NCBI GenBank assembly: GCA_951406725.2 | Contig: OX597820.1 | Span: forward strand, 106,392,001-106,456,000 | DNA length: 64,000 nt | Source of the DNA: Octopus vulgaris | Lineage: Eukaryota | Direction of reading: 5' to 3' | Shown: positions 40,547 through 53,278 of the stretch, in pieces | Layout: each line of letters starts with the position of its first letter | Position numbering within the stretch: position 1 is the stretch's first letter | Made by a program: the position numbers and the translations under genes | Notes under the pieces: model-generated | The model's database searches: none | What the model was told of the DNA's origin: nothing | The model's input: only the letters and a program-made list of their open reading frames with translations

Positions 40547-41777
40547 TGCAGCAGCAGCAAGGGTTGTGCAAGGTGTGTGTTAGACAGACACTCACAAAAG
40601 ACAAGGAATTACAAATGAGTAGACTCTTTTCATTTGTGTTTCATTTTGTTATTTTATAATTGTTTAAGCCAAAAATAACTTGAGTGATTGTGGCATTGAA
40701 TTACCACAGCAAAGGTCTTGGACTTAGATTCATTCCATTGCAGGTGTTTTTGTGTATTTGAGAAACTGCTCTCTATTTTATATGCCTCAGTACACCTGGC
40801 TGTCAAGAATAGACACCATATCATCTTGCTATGTTACTTTTACCCAAGATAGACTGGTAGCCTAATCAGGGGAACACCTCTCTCTCTTGTCTGCTTAAAA
40901 CTATATATCCATGTAGAGAATTGATGTTTAACCATTAAAAAATAAATCCACTCTAATTAAGAGCTCAGTTTATAACAGGTTATTAAATTCCAACACATTA
41001 TTATTGCAGTAATTCTAGATGGAATTGACTTCCATGTATATCCATAATCAACTGAAATTATCTTCAAGAGCAGCCTATTTAGAATAAAAAGGCAGAATCT
41101 TGATGTGGTTTTATTTTGGTAGAACTCAGTATAAGGGAGCAAATATATCCTTTTGATTAAGAGCTCTTTTAATATCTAGTTATTATACTCCGACATGTTA
41201 TTATATTGCGATAAATCCAGGTGGGACTGACTTGTATATATATATATATATTTATATATGTAATCAGCTAAAATGATCTTTAAGGGCAACATATTTAGAG
41301 TAAAAGCAGAAAAGCATAAATTTCATGTATAGTTCATATTTTAAATGTGGTCAACAGCTGTTTCATTCAGATAAACATCATTAAATGTATAATTATGTAA
41401 TTGTGATACATAATTAATTTAAATTAAATTAATTCAAAAATATGTTAGCCTGAATCATCAAGGATATTGTGTGTTTTGTTAATCAGAAAATTAAAAGCCC
41501 TGTTGGATTGACAATAGGATGTAGGAGGCATATAAAATATTTATATATTTATAAATCATTTTAAATTTTCAAATATTTTTCACTAAAATTTTTCTGAACT
41601 TACTTTTCCCAGAATACTTATTTTTAGATCAATTCAGAAGAACTAGTTGGGCTGGTAAGCCTATGAAAATCAAATTTACCACTCAAAATTGCCTCTCAAC
41701 CTACCCACATGTCTCCAGTCACAAAAATGGAAAGTTTAAAAAAAACACCAACACCCACATACATATAGATATACACA

Positions 41778-42000
41778 TATGAGGGGGTACTGAAAAATTC
41801 CTGGCTTTGGATGAAAGAAAATACAGGAGGATCAGTCAATTATGATTTTATCCAACATATTCTCCTCTCAGATTCACACACTTATTGCAGCAGTCATTCA
41901 GTTTTTCTAAACCCTGTAAAAAAAAACTCAGAAGTTTGGGCCTCCAACTAGGCCTTTCGCAATACCCTTAAAGCTAGGAACTTTTCAGCACCTCTTTGTA
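41778..42000. mobile_element. mariner-type MITE (~220 bp) with ~29-bp TIRs and TA target site
   Basis: TA-TGAGGGGGTACTGAAAAATTCCTGGCTTT ... AAAGCTAGGAACTTTTCAGCACCTCTTTG-TA. Confidence 0.8.
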
Positions 42001-42980
42001 CATATGTTTCAACTCAGATATTCATCATGTATCCTTTGTGCAAGAAGTTGGTCCCTGTGATCTAGCTCTGCCCTGTGATGAGTTCACTTTCCCTCAGAAG
42101 TTCCCTTTCATGCATGGCACCTCAAACCAGTGTCTCCTGCTGTAGCTTTGGGTCAACCTAGGCTTTGTTAGTGGGTTTGCTGGATGAAAACTGGAAGAAC
42201 CCTATCATATATATGTATATATAGATAGATAGATAGGTGTGTGTGTGTGTGTTCTTGTCTCAACAGCATGTGATGATTGTAAACAAGTATAACTATCATA
42301 CAAGTTATGTCCATTTCTGCTCTTCATTGAAAAACATGTCTAGTCACGGGGTGATACTTCCTTGCTTGGAAACAGGTGAGGGTTGGCAACAGGAAGGGCA
42401 TCCACCATAGAAAATTTACCTCAGTAAATTCCACTTGACTCATGCACGCATGGAAAAGTTAACATTAAACAATGACAAATGACAATGGTGATTAATTCTG
42501 GTAAGGAAATAAAACAAGGGAGATAACCCTGGAATTTGAATTAACTAAAATGAATTAAATAGAAAATTCAGAAGGGAATAAGTCTGGTCAAAAAAGTAGT
42601 GCAGTGACAACTAAAGACATTTTTCAGCATTATTAAACCGCAAGAGTAAAACATAGACTAAACTTACTGACAGATCTTTGAATAACTAAAAAGCTAATTC
42701 CCCAACCTTTTTTTTTATTATTTGTTATACAGAAATCAAATGTTAATTAGAGTGAAATTATTGAAGATAATCAAAAAATAAACAAATACTTGGGAGGTGA
42801 AAAAATTGTGATTTTTTTTTTTTTAAAGTCAATATGGATAAGCTATTAGCATCTGGCATATATAACATCAAATTCTCTTCATATTTTGTAAGCTGTTTTT
42901 CTTTTTTTTAGGTAGGGTATTATGATAGTTGAAGTGAAAGCAATCAAGCGAGAGAGGGAGAGAGAGAAAGATATTAATAC

Positions 42981-43027
<47 letters not shown>

Positions 43028-43206
43028 TACACTCACATACATGCACACTTACATACACATTTACTCCTACCCATGTTTTAAGACGCTAGAATTCTATTTC
43101 TGTGATTCAAAAGGAATGAATGTTAAATAGACTCATCATTAAAGTATTTCAACAGATCATTTCATATGTTATCCTCCTTACTTATTACTTACAAAGTTTA
43201 TATAGA

Positions 43207-43251
<45 letters not shown>

Positions 43252-44819
43252 CATAGCTGTTCTATTAAACAAAGAGTGGAAGTAAAAGTAGGTTTCAATA
43301 TCAAGAATTAAAATATGATCAACTAACCTTTTTTTATTATTATTTTAAACTCATTCTTTAATATAAACAAAAGATCACTGTCATTGTTTCTTCTTGGTTT
43401 ACATTTGTCCATCTTTGCAATGTATAAAAGAATCTTATAATTAACAAGAAGCAGAGTTAAAATGCTATACAAATGGGAGGTGTTTCTCTTGAATTCTGCT
43501 TTAGACAGAGCCAATGAAATTCATTTCAGTGTGGTTGGTTAACTTTAAAGTGAAAGCTATTATTGTTTATAAAGCAACAATCAAAGAACACTTAATTTTA
43601 TGCATAGTATTTGGGATTTAAAAGTTTTTGGTCTTCAGTTTGTATCCAGTGTATTCTGTTTCTAAATAGCCCTGGTCAGCTCTGCTTTTAAAGATCTATA
43701 GCATAACAGTAACCAGTTATAAAAACAAAGAGTGAATGACTAACAACTCTTAGGTTTTCAGTTCAAATCCATTGCAAGTATTTTGTCCTGTGTTAGACTG
43801 TTTATTCAATTCTACTCATATCAGTTCATCTAGCTGACTGGAATAAGTGTATTAAAATTGTTTTAGAATTTTACCTGTATAATTCCCAAATAATTAGATA
43901 GTAGATATTTTCTCTTAAAACTCCTCTTTCACTTCTGTATCCTGTAAATACAAACCTTTATTAATTGAAAGTTTTTACTTGATTGCAGGTGTATAAAAAT
44001 TATATTAACCCTCCTGTTTTATTAATATATTTTATTAACATATCTCAGCTGAAATACACTGTGTTTTTGTTTCAATTAATTTTGAAAATAATGAAGAACT
44101 TAGTAAAATAACTTTGTCGTTATTGTGCAGGTGTTTGGAACAAAATAATATGAAACTTTGACAAAAGGTTTAACTCTTTATTTTTTTACTTACTTATTTC
44201 TATTAAAATGCACTGCTTTTGACCCAATTAATTTTAAACATAATGAGGAATTTAGTCAAGTAACATTGTCCATAATTAAGCTGGTGCTTGAAACAAATTA
44301 CCATGAAATTTTTATGGAAGAAGGTTTTAATTTTAGATCACTTTAAAGCAGGAAGTTTGCATTATAGAACCAGAATCTGTCACAGGTGGGTCAGTACCAA
44401 AATGGTAAAAGCATCATATGTCAACTTTACAGAAAACTTATTTTTTAAAAACACAAAAACAAATTAAAGAAAAAGATAATTACTTTATAAACACACACTG
44501 ACATTTTTTCTGTAGATCAGAACTTGACAAGTTAATTATTTTCATTTACAATTTAAGGCCAGCAGAAAAAAAATAATGATGATATTTTATGTATTTTTTC
44601 TTTCTTTAATATTTGGCTACCACACATGTTTTTTTATTTATCAGTAGAAATGTAGGGATTCTGAAAATTTTATATTTGTGTTTTAGTATATTACTGACCA
44701 CAATATAATGGTGGATTTAGTACAAAAAGTTGGGAACATGGATAAGCACTTTACCGTCTCAAAATTAGTGCCTATTTACTGTTCAAAATTAAATTTCTGT
44801 TTTTATACTTGTTTTTATA

Positions 44820-45210
44820 CTTTTTATTACTTGTTCCAACCATTAGACTGGGGCCATGCTGGGGCATTGCCTTGAAGAATTTTTCGTCAAATGAATCAAC
44901 CCCAGTACTTTTTTTTTTAAGCCTGGTACTTATTCTCTTTCACTGAACTGCTAAGTTACAAGGACTTAAACAAACCAACACTGGTTGTCATGCAATGGTG
45001 GGGGACAAACTCAGACACATACACACATAGATATATATGTATCTATTTATATGTGACAGGCATTTTGCAGTTTCTTTCTACTAAATCTACTCATAGGGCT
45101 TTGGTCAGCCCAAAGTTATAATAGAAGACACCCAAGGTGTCATGTAGTGGGACTGAATCTGGAACCATGTTGTTGAGAAGCAAGCTTCTTACCACACAGC
45201 CATGCCTGCA
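44820..45210 (-). mobile_element. SINE family A, full length
   Basis: Complete reverse complement from tail to GCAGGCATGGCTGTGTGGTAAGAAGCTTGC head; a head-to-head partial copy follows at 45250-45395. Confidence 0.85.
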
Positions 45211-48200
45211 GCTATTGATAAAAAACATTTAGCGTTTATGTATAGCCATAGGTGCAAACATGGCCATGTAGTTAAGGAACTTAGTTCTCAACCATGTGGT
45301 TTCTGGGTTCAGTCCCATCTGGCAAGTGCCCTCTACTATAGCTCTGGGCTTACCAAAGCCTTGTGAGTGGATTTCATAGACAGAAACTTGAAGAATTCTG
45401 TTATACCCTTGCATGGCTACAGTCTTTAAGCTAGAAGACATTATATGTACTCTTCTCCATATATATATTACTCTCCTCTCACACTTCTGTAAATGTGTCC
45501 ACCCACACCTCCCCATCCTCAGTCCATATTCTCTCTTGTACTTACCTTCTACATTGACAGTATGCTTTGATACCTCATCACCACCATCTTATCTCTCTTC
45601 CCAGCTATTCCCACCCATCTCTATATAATGCATGGTAGCCATATATCTCTTCTGTAGTAAGACACCTGTGCCTGTCTTTTTGTCATACTTTAACCACTCA
45701 ATACCTGGTATTGAGCTACCTCCCTTTTATTACAACCCTACTCAGTTGAGGTGGTGGGGTAGATCTTTTTCTTTGCCTTGCAACTTATTTGGTAACCTCA
45801 CTCATGCCTGTACATTCTGTAAGGTGGCTGGCATCAGGAAGGGCATCCTGCCCTAGAAATGATGCCAAAGCAGATAATGGAGCTTGGTGTTGTCCCCTGG
45901 CTTATTGGATATGTGTGTGTGTGGAGAGGGGTGCCTCTTACTTGTAACAAATGTCACTGCCATACAAGTAATGTCATTCATTTCCAATATTCTTCAAAAA
46001 CATGGCTTGCTCATGGAGAATTACTACCTTGCTTGGAAATAGGTGAGATTAACCATATAAGGATGGAAATAGGTGAGGGTTGGCCACATAAATTATTATT
46101 ATTATTATCATTATTATTACGATTATTAATATATTGAGGTGGAGAAAGATAAAAATGTATGCTTGTAATACAGCTGGGTCAAGATGTGTTGTCTTTGTGA
46201 GGAAAAAACAAAACGAAACTGAAAATTATTTTGCATTGTTATCAGCCAATGAAAATTGCTTGAAATCAGTATCAACCAATCAAAATTGTTTTATGTTGGT
46301 ATCAAGCTATCAAAATCACTGACTAGTCAAGAACACAAGAGATGCTTTCATTCAATACTTAACCAAAATTTTGCCTTTTTCCCCCAACATCTCCCACATC
46401 TTCTGGTTCCATCCCAAATCATCATCATCATCATCATGCCTCCAAATTCAACCAATCATGTTTCTTTATTATTTGCTGCCAACAACAATATTTTCACCAT
46501 CTGCTTTAGTTCCAGTTTTACATTCAACTGAGACAAATCAGTCCAGTCTGCTCTTTTTTCATTTTTCTCAAACATAGGTGCAGGCATAGTTCCATTGCAT
46601 ATCACGTTGAGAAAGTGTCTTCTACTATAGCTCAGACCAACCAGAGCCTTGTGAGTGGATTTGGTTGATAGAAACTGAAAGAAACCTGCCATGTGTGTGT
46701 GTGTGTGCATGTACCTGTGCATGTTTGTGCATGCTCTTGTCTTGATATCATGTGATGGTTATAAATGAGTACTTACATGTCTGGCCATGGAAACAGGTGA
46801 GGGTTTACTACAAGAAGGGCATCCTGCCATAGAAAATCTGCCTCAGCAAATTCAATCTGACCCATGCAAGCATGAAAAATGGGTGTTAAATGATGATGAT
46901 GAAACTAAATCATTTGCTTCATGAAACCATTGCGTAAATGTAGATATGTCTCCAAATCTGCTAGAATCCCCCAAGAGGCCATTCTTGGCTGTAGTTCCAT
47001 GGTTGTGGAAAAGATAAGATAATAAATTTGTGTCAAGATAAGGTGCTACCATATATCACAGGAAACATTTCCAAATAACTGATATCTATTTCCAACAACT
47101 GGGTGATATGAGGCAACACAGAAGAAAGTACTTCTGTCTAAAAATACAATGAAATGCCATTGTTAGATATGAACACACAATGCATAGTAGGAAGTTTGCT
47201 TCTCAACCACATGACTCTGGGTCCATTCTCACTGTGTGGCACCATGGACCACATGGTTCTGGGTCCATCCCCATTTTGTGGTATCTTCTATTATATCTCC
47301 AGACCAACTAAAGCTTTGTGAGTGCATTTGGTGGATGGAAATTGAAAGAAGCCTTTCATATATATGTGTGTGTGTTATAATATTTCTGTTGAAATACAGT
47401 GCTTTTATTTCAATTAATTTTGTAAATGATGCAGAATTTAGTAAAATAATTTTAAGCTAAGTGTTTGGAGCATTATTGAAATGAAATTTTGACAGATTTT
47501 AATTTAGATCACTTTACAATTGGAAGTTTGTATCATACAACCAAGGGTAGTCCCAGGCAGGTTTATATTAAAAGGATTAAAACCTCCAATGCCACATCCC
47601 CTCTCAAAGGATCTTTGTCTTGCAAATTATTTAGTGACCCTGTCAGCACTGGTGCCACGTAAAAAGCATTCAGTCCTCTCTGTGGAGTGGTTGGTGTTGG
47701 GAAGGGCATCCAGCCGTATAAGCCCCACCAAAACAGACAGCAAAGCATAGCACAGTCTCCTGCCTAACCAGTTCCTATCAAACTCCAGCCCATGCCAGCA
47801 TCGAAAGAAGACATTGAATGTTGGTGATGAGATTTTCTATGATTGCATGCTCTTCCTGTCACCAACCCTTGCCTGTTTCCAAGCTACATGTCAGGATATG
47901 GAAACAAAGGGTATGACATGTATGACAGTGACACTCATTTACAACTGTTGCACTATATCAAGATAAGAAGACACAAACATGCACACACACAGATACAGAC
48001 AAATGTAAATTAAATGTTTTTAGAAAATATTCTTGATACTGTCATAAAAGTTAAAGAAACATTTTCTTAAATTGAAATATCTTTAAAAAAAAACAATGAC
48101 ACAAACCTTGGAGACATGTTTATATGTATGTGGAAGAAAGAACGTAAATAGGTTTTGGTTCACTACAGCTGTTTCAGATGCATTTTTTACTGATGAGTAA

Positions 48201-49675
48201 ACTGATTACATCATAAAAATAATGTTAGACAGACAGATATAATGGGCTTCTTTCAGTTTTTGTCTACCAAATTCACTCACTAGGCTTTGATTGGCCTAAA
48301 GCTACAGAAGAAACTTGCCCAAGATGTCACACCTTAGGCAAATGTTTTCTACTGTAGTCCTGAGCTAACCAAAAACCTTGTGAATGGATTTGGAAACTGA
48401 AAGAAGCCCATCTGAGAATTCAATGACAGTATCATTTTTGATTTATTTTCATTTCTTGTTTCTACAACCTGAACTTTCCCTCTTGAGTTTGAGAAAGATT
48501 ATGTAATTGTCAGTCTGAAATATGTCCTAGGGGTCTCATTATGGTCATCAACTTAAAAGTTGCTGCCCCAGCATGGCTACAGTCCAATGACTGAAATTGG
48601 CAAAAGAGTATACCCTGAAATGTTATTAGTTCAAATCTTTTATCTTGGTCCCATTACCATTCTTTGACTACATGTCACTGTTATTATACACACTGCTCTG
48701 TTCAGAACTTTCTTCTTATTTCTTCCCCTCCTCACTCCTATGGACTGTTATACTTTACAACCTTCTCTCTTTTTGCTTCTCATCACCACTGTGTTTCCTC
48801 TCTCTCTCATTCTCTTTCACACACACACTCTCTCTCTCTCTCTCTTTTATTGTTCCTACCTCACTCATATGGACTTATAAATTACATCCTTCTCTTTTGG
48901 CTTCTCATCACCTCCATCTCTATGTTTCTCACCTACCCATACACTCTGTTTTCCTCTTCTCTCCCTTCTTCACCATATTTTCTTGCAATATGCTAACTTG
49001 CAACAGTTCCAGCTCCACATTCAGATTATTTATTTTTATTTTTTATATACAATTGGCACCAAGTTGAAGGGAAAGCGGTACATTCAATTATACCACCTAT
49101 CCCTCCAATATAACTGGCACTTATTTTATTGCCCCATCCACCCCAAACCCCTCGACCCTTGGGAGATGAAACATAGATTTCACCCCCACCCACCCAACCC
49201 ACATTCCTTTTCCTGACAGTATTAAAACCCAAGTCTTAGAAGCAAAATACCACAAGCCATTTAGTCTGACACTGTTGTTGTTGCTACTGTTCCATCACCC
49301 TTTTTAACTGTATCAACGACCTGCTAGAAATAGCAGCCAAATTTCCTCCCAGATCATGTTGCTTACATTCTTAGAATGAAAAAGAACATCAAAATAATGT
49401 AATTCTTGATACACTGTGGCTGAAAACAAGACAGGATGGTCTCAGTTGAAGGTGTCTTTGATCATAGATCTACTTTATCAGTGCTTGCTTGACAAGTGTA
49501 CCATACTGGGGTACCACTGTTGAGTGTTTTAGTCTATCATATCAACTCTAGTACTTATCTTGGTTTGATACTTATTTTAACTAATCCTATTTGTCAAAGT
49601 ATTAATTGATGAGACCTTGTGTGATACTAACATAAGTGCAAAAATTGGTGGACACATGTTAAATCTTATGTCCAG

Positions 49676-49818
49676 CTGGAGTCAAGGTAGAACAATTGTT
49701 GGGCTGATGATGCCTACTGCAGCATAAACACATGGACACAACTGTCCTAGGACAATTACTGGACTGATGATGCCTTTTGGGGCAGAAACACGGACACAGC
49801 TGTCCTCTTGTCTCCAGG
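49676..49818 (+). ncRNA. tandem dimer (60-bp period) of hammerhead-like units, same family as 21013-21096, probably inactive
   Basis: CTGATGA-TGCC at 49704 and 49764, (T/G)AAAC-AC.., CACAACTGTCC/CACAGCTGTCC and CTGGAG...CTCCAG outer arms. The cleavage triplet reads GGA in both units. Confidence 0.6.
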
Positions 49819-50274
49819 AAAAAGAAAAAAAAATCAGCTTTTCCTTAATGATATGTTCATTTTGGAGAATTATTGATTCTATAAGATTATCTCCCTTTTT
49901 CATTCAAAAGAGGCTGCAATTGCTGTTAGGTGTTTGTTTATTTTCTTTCTTGAGGTGAGGCTAGTTTCCATAAATTAAGAATCTTTGTTGTCCAAATACA
50001 TGCCACAGGCTAATTCTAAAACATTGGAGCATGACATGGTCCTCCAACTCATGCCAAGATGAAAAGTGGAAATTAACTGATGGTGATGATGATTGTGTGT
50101 GTGTGTGTGTAAAACAAAGAGAAATACAGGTATATCAAACACAACATAAATTCCTGATTTATTAAAATTATCTCTGCCTCTGGACTGTATATCAAAATTA
50201 CAATGGCAATTAACACCATCTCCATATAAGAGAGATTCTCAAGAATCAAGGACATACCGTTAAGGAAAAGACCG

Positions 50275-50315
<41 letters not shown>

Positions 50316-50336
50316 TCATGCACACACACAAACGCT

Positions 50337-50688
50337 GGCATGGCTGTGTGGTAAAAAGTTTGCTTCCCCGCCATATGGTTCTATGTTCAGTCTCACTGCA
50401 TCCTCTACTCTAGCCGCAGACCAAGCAAAGACTTGTGAGTGGATTTTGTAAGCGGAAACTGAAAGAAGCACATCATGTGTCTGTGTTTGTCCCATACCAA
50501 TGTTTGACAACCAGTGTTGGTGTGTTAACATCCACATAACTTAGTAGTTCAGCAAAAGGAACCAATAGAATAAGTACCAGCCTTCAAAAATAAATAAGTA
50601 CTAAGGATGGTTTGTTCAACTAAAACAAGTCTTCAAAGGAGAGCCTGAGCATGGCCACAGCCTAATTAACTGAAACAAGATAAAAGAT
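50337..50688 (+). mobile_element. SINE family A, near full length
   Basis: GGCATGGCTGTGTGGTAAAAAG head through ACTGAAACAAGATAAAAGA tail. Confidence 0.8.
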
Positions 50689-52018
50689 ATATTTGGCTAA
50701 GATCAAAGTATATGTGTGTGTGTGTGCACGCACGCATGCACACACACACACACACACAATAGGCTTCTACAATTTCCTTCTACCAAATTCCACTTGCAGG
50801 ACACTGGCTGTGTGTGTGTATGTGTATAGTTATTACATGTTTGTTTAATTCATTTATTTTGTTATGACTAAAGAACTTTTTGTGGGTCAATAATTATTTA
50901 AAATTTTTTAGTTTATTCAGAACATTATTAATTTAGATATTTTTGTTAATAAAAAAAAAATGCCTATTTGTGATATAGAATTTTTGTTTAGTTCTTTGCT
51001 TATTATATATGAGATATTCATTTCTTAGCTGACGTAGGCTTTTTTTCTATTTTTCATAAGAGTCTGTTTCCTCTTGTGTTCACCTGCTGGTTGACTGCAA
51101 GCAACAATTCGTTGTTTGGCTGGCTTGCTTACTAAGTAAATACATGCATGCTACTATACTCAGTTGTTTCCTTCCCAAGAACTAGTGAAGAAAGGGTGGT
51201 GATGGGGTCTCTGATATTTGATCTCTTTTACCCTTCAAAGGACATAAACTCATGTCTATGAACCAAACCCTTCACTGCACCCCTTTTCTGGTACTACCAA
51301 CACTACCTTTGTATACCTGCTTTTCAATAATTACTTACAATGAGGAAAATGAAAGTAATTGTTGACTCATAAACAGACAGAACATTACATGTTAAAGGCT
51401 GAAATTGTATATGATACTACCATTTCATACAACCCTCTAGTTACCATGTTTCTATTGAAATAAACTACCTTTTTTTTTATTATTAATTCTGAAAATATTG
51501 AAGCATTTAGTAAAATAACTGTTATTATTAAGCTGCTGTTTGGAACAGAAATTAACATAAAGTTCTGATAAAAAAGTTTTAATTCAGATTATGTTAAAAC
51601 AGGAAGTTTGTGTCACAGAACTAGGAGCATTCTTGAGTAGGTTGGTATGAAAAGTGTTAATACAGAGACTTGATTCATTAGAAAGGAAAAGTATTTTGTT
51701 CATATATCTTAACTGGAATAATTTTGAAAATAGTCTGAAATAAAACATAAACAAAATACTTATGTAAATGGGTTTGGCTAGAATTTGTCCCCATTGTTAT
51801 TTTTGTTTGTTTATATGTTTGTTTTTATTTTTCTTAATTATTTTCTGCTGTTTCCTGAACTCAAAAAAAATACTATTAATATGTAAGTGAAGGAGACAGA
51901 GAGACATTGTGGTTTGGTGGAGTGTAAGGGGTGAGGAAAAAGAAATAGGGAGAGTGAGTGTGTGAGAGAGAAAGAGAGAGGTTGGCTTTCTACCGTTTAT
52001 TTGCTGCTGAAAGTAGAG

Positions 52019-52058
<40 letters not shown>

Positions 52059-52237
52059 ACAGTTCTTCTCCTCTCACCCATCCCCCAATATAGTCAGCTG
52101 TTTAATAAAAAAAAATACTCAGTTCTATTGCTGCTGTGACTTGAGTGACATACTCAGATTTAGTCCTACTACTGGCATCACCTGAAGTGAGGACTAATTT
52201 ATTTCCTTCCTAATTGGGCTCACCTCTTGCTAAAACC

Positions 52238-52264
52238 ATGGAGTATATATATAAACATGCTCCG
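52238..52264 (+). CDS. candidate alternative first coding exon, MEYIYKHAP
   Basis: AAACC-ATG-G Kozak context, nine codons and a CCG|GTAAAA donor in phase 0, the same phase as the intron after 32330. Lies in a repeat-poor block downstream of a GA-rich stretch. Confidence 0.25.
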
Positions 52265-53237
52265 GTAAAAAATTATTTTATTTATTATCATTTTTTTTTA
52301 TAAAATATTTCTTTTTCTTTTGTTATTGTTTTTTTATTAAGTTGTCAGTCTTTCCCACTCTTCAGCTGAATTAATTAATTTTATCAAACCATAACATTTA
52401 TTTAATTAGGTGTTTTGTTATTCATATGTTTGACAAAAAAAAAAATGGCATGATTATTTTTTTTCATTTGTTTTCATTTACAAAACATATTAAATAATAT
52501 GCATCTGTAAATATACATAGCCTTTGTCTTCAGTTATAAAACTTCAATTATAAGGCTTCAATGTATTTATATATAAACATATATTGTCTGTCTTCAGTTA
52601 CAAAACTTAAATTAAATAATATATACATGTATAAACATGTATACTTCTTCAGTTAAACATTTATCAAAATGTGCCACCACATTCCTCTTTTAACCCTTTT
52701 GATAAATTTGTTAGCTTGTAAAATTTCTGATTATTTTGTATGAAGTGTGTTTTCTATTAAGTTAACAAATAAACTTTTACTATTATACCCATCTCATGAG
52801 ACAGGTGTAATAGTAAAAATTTATCAATCAAAGATATGTTTTACCTGTATTTTGTATCTTTTATATATACCTCTACAAGTTCAAATTCTCTTATCTAACT
52901 TATGTCATCAATATGATTAGATAATATTCCTTTTATAAGAAGACTAATTTTTTTTTCTAATTTTCTTTTTTTTTTTCTATTTTTATTTTGTTTTGTTGAT
53001 CTTTTAAATTTTTACTTTATTTAGATTTATTCCAATTTTTAATAATTTGAAACCAACCCCAGTGATATTCAGTGTCTTCTTTCAGTTTTAATCCAGCATT
53101 AATCCTTACTAATTATATCAGGGCTATAACAACAATAGAAAGACTTCTGGTTCTCTTTTAGCAATTTCCTTTTCCACTAGAATACTATCCACTATCTTTT
53201 CCTGTTTTTAATCAATATTATCTAGCTAATTATTTAA

Positions 53238-53278
<41 letters not shown>

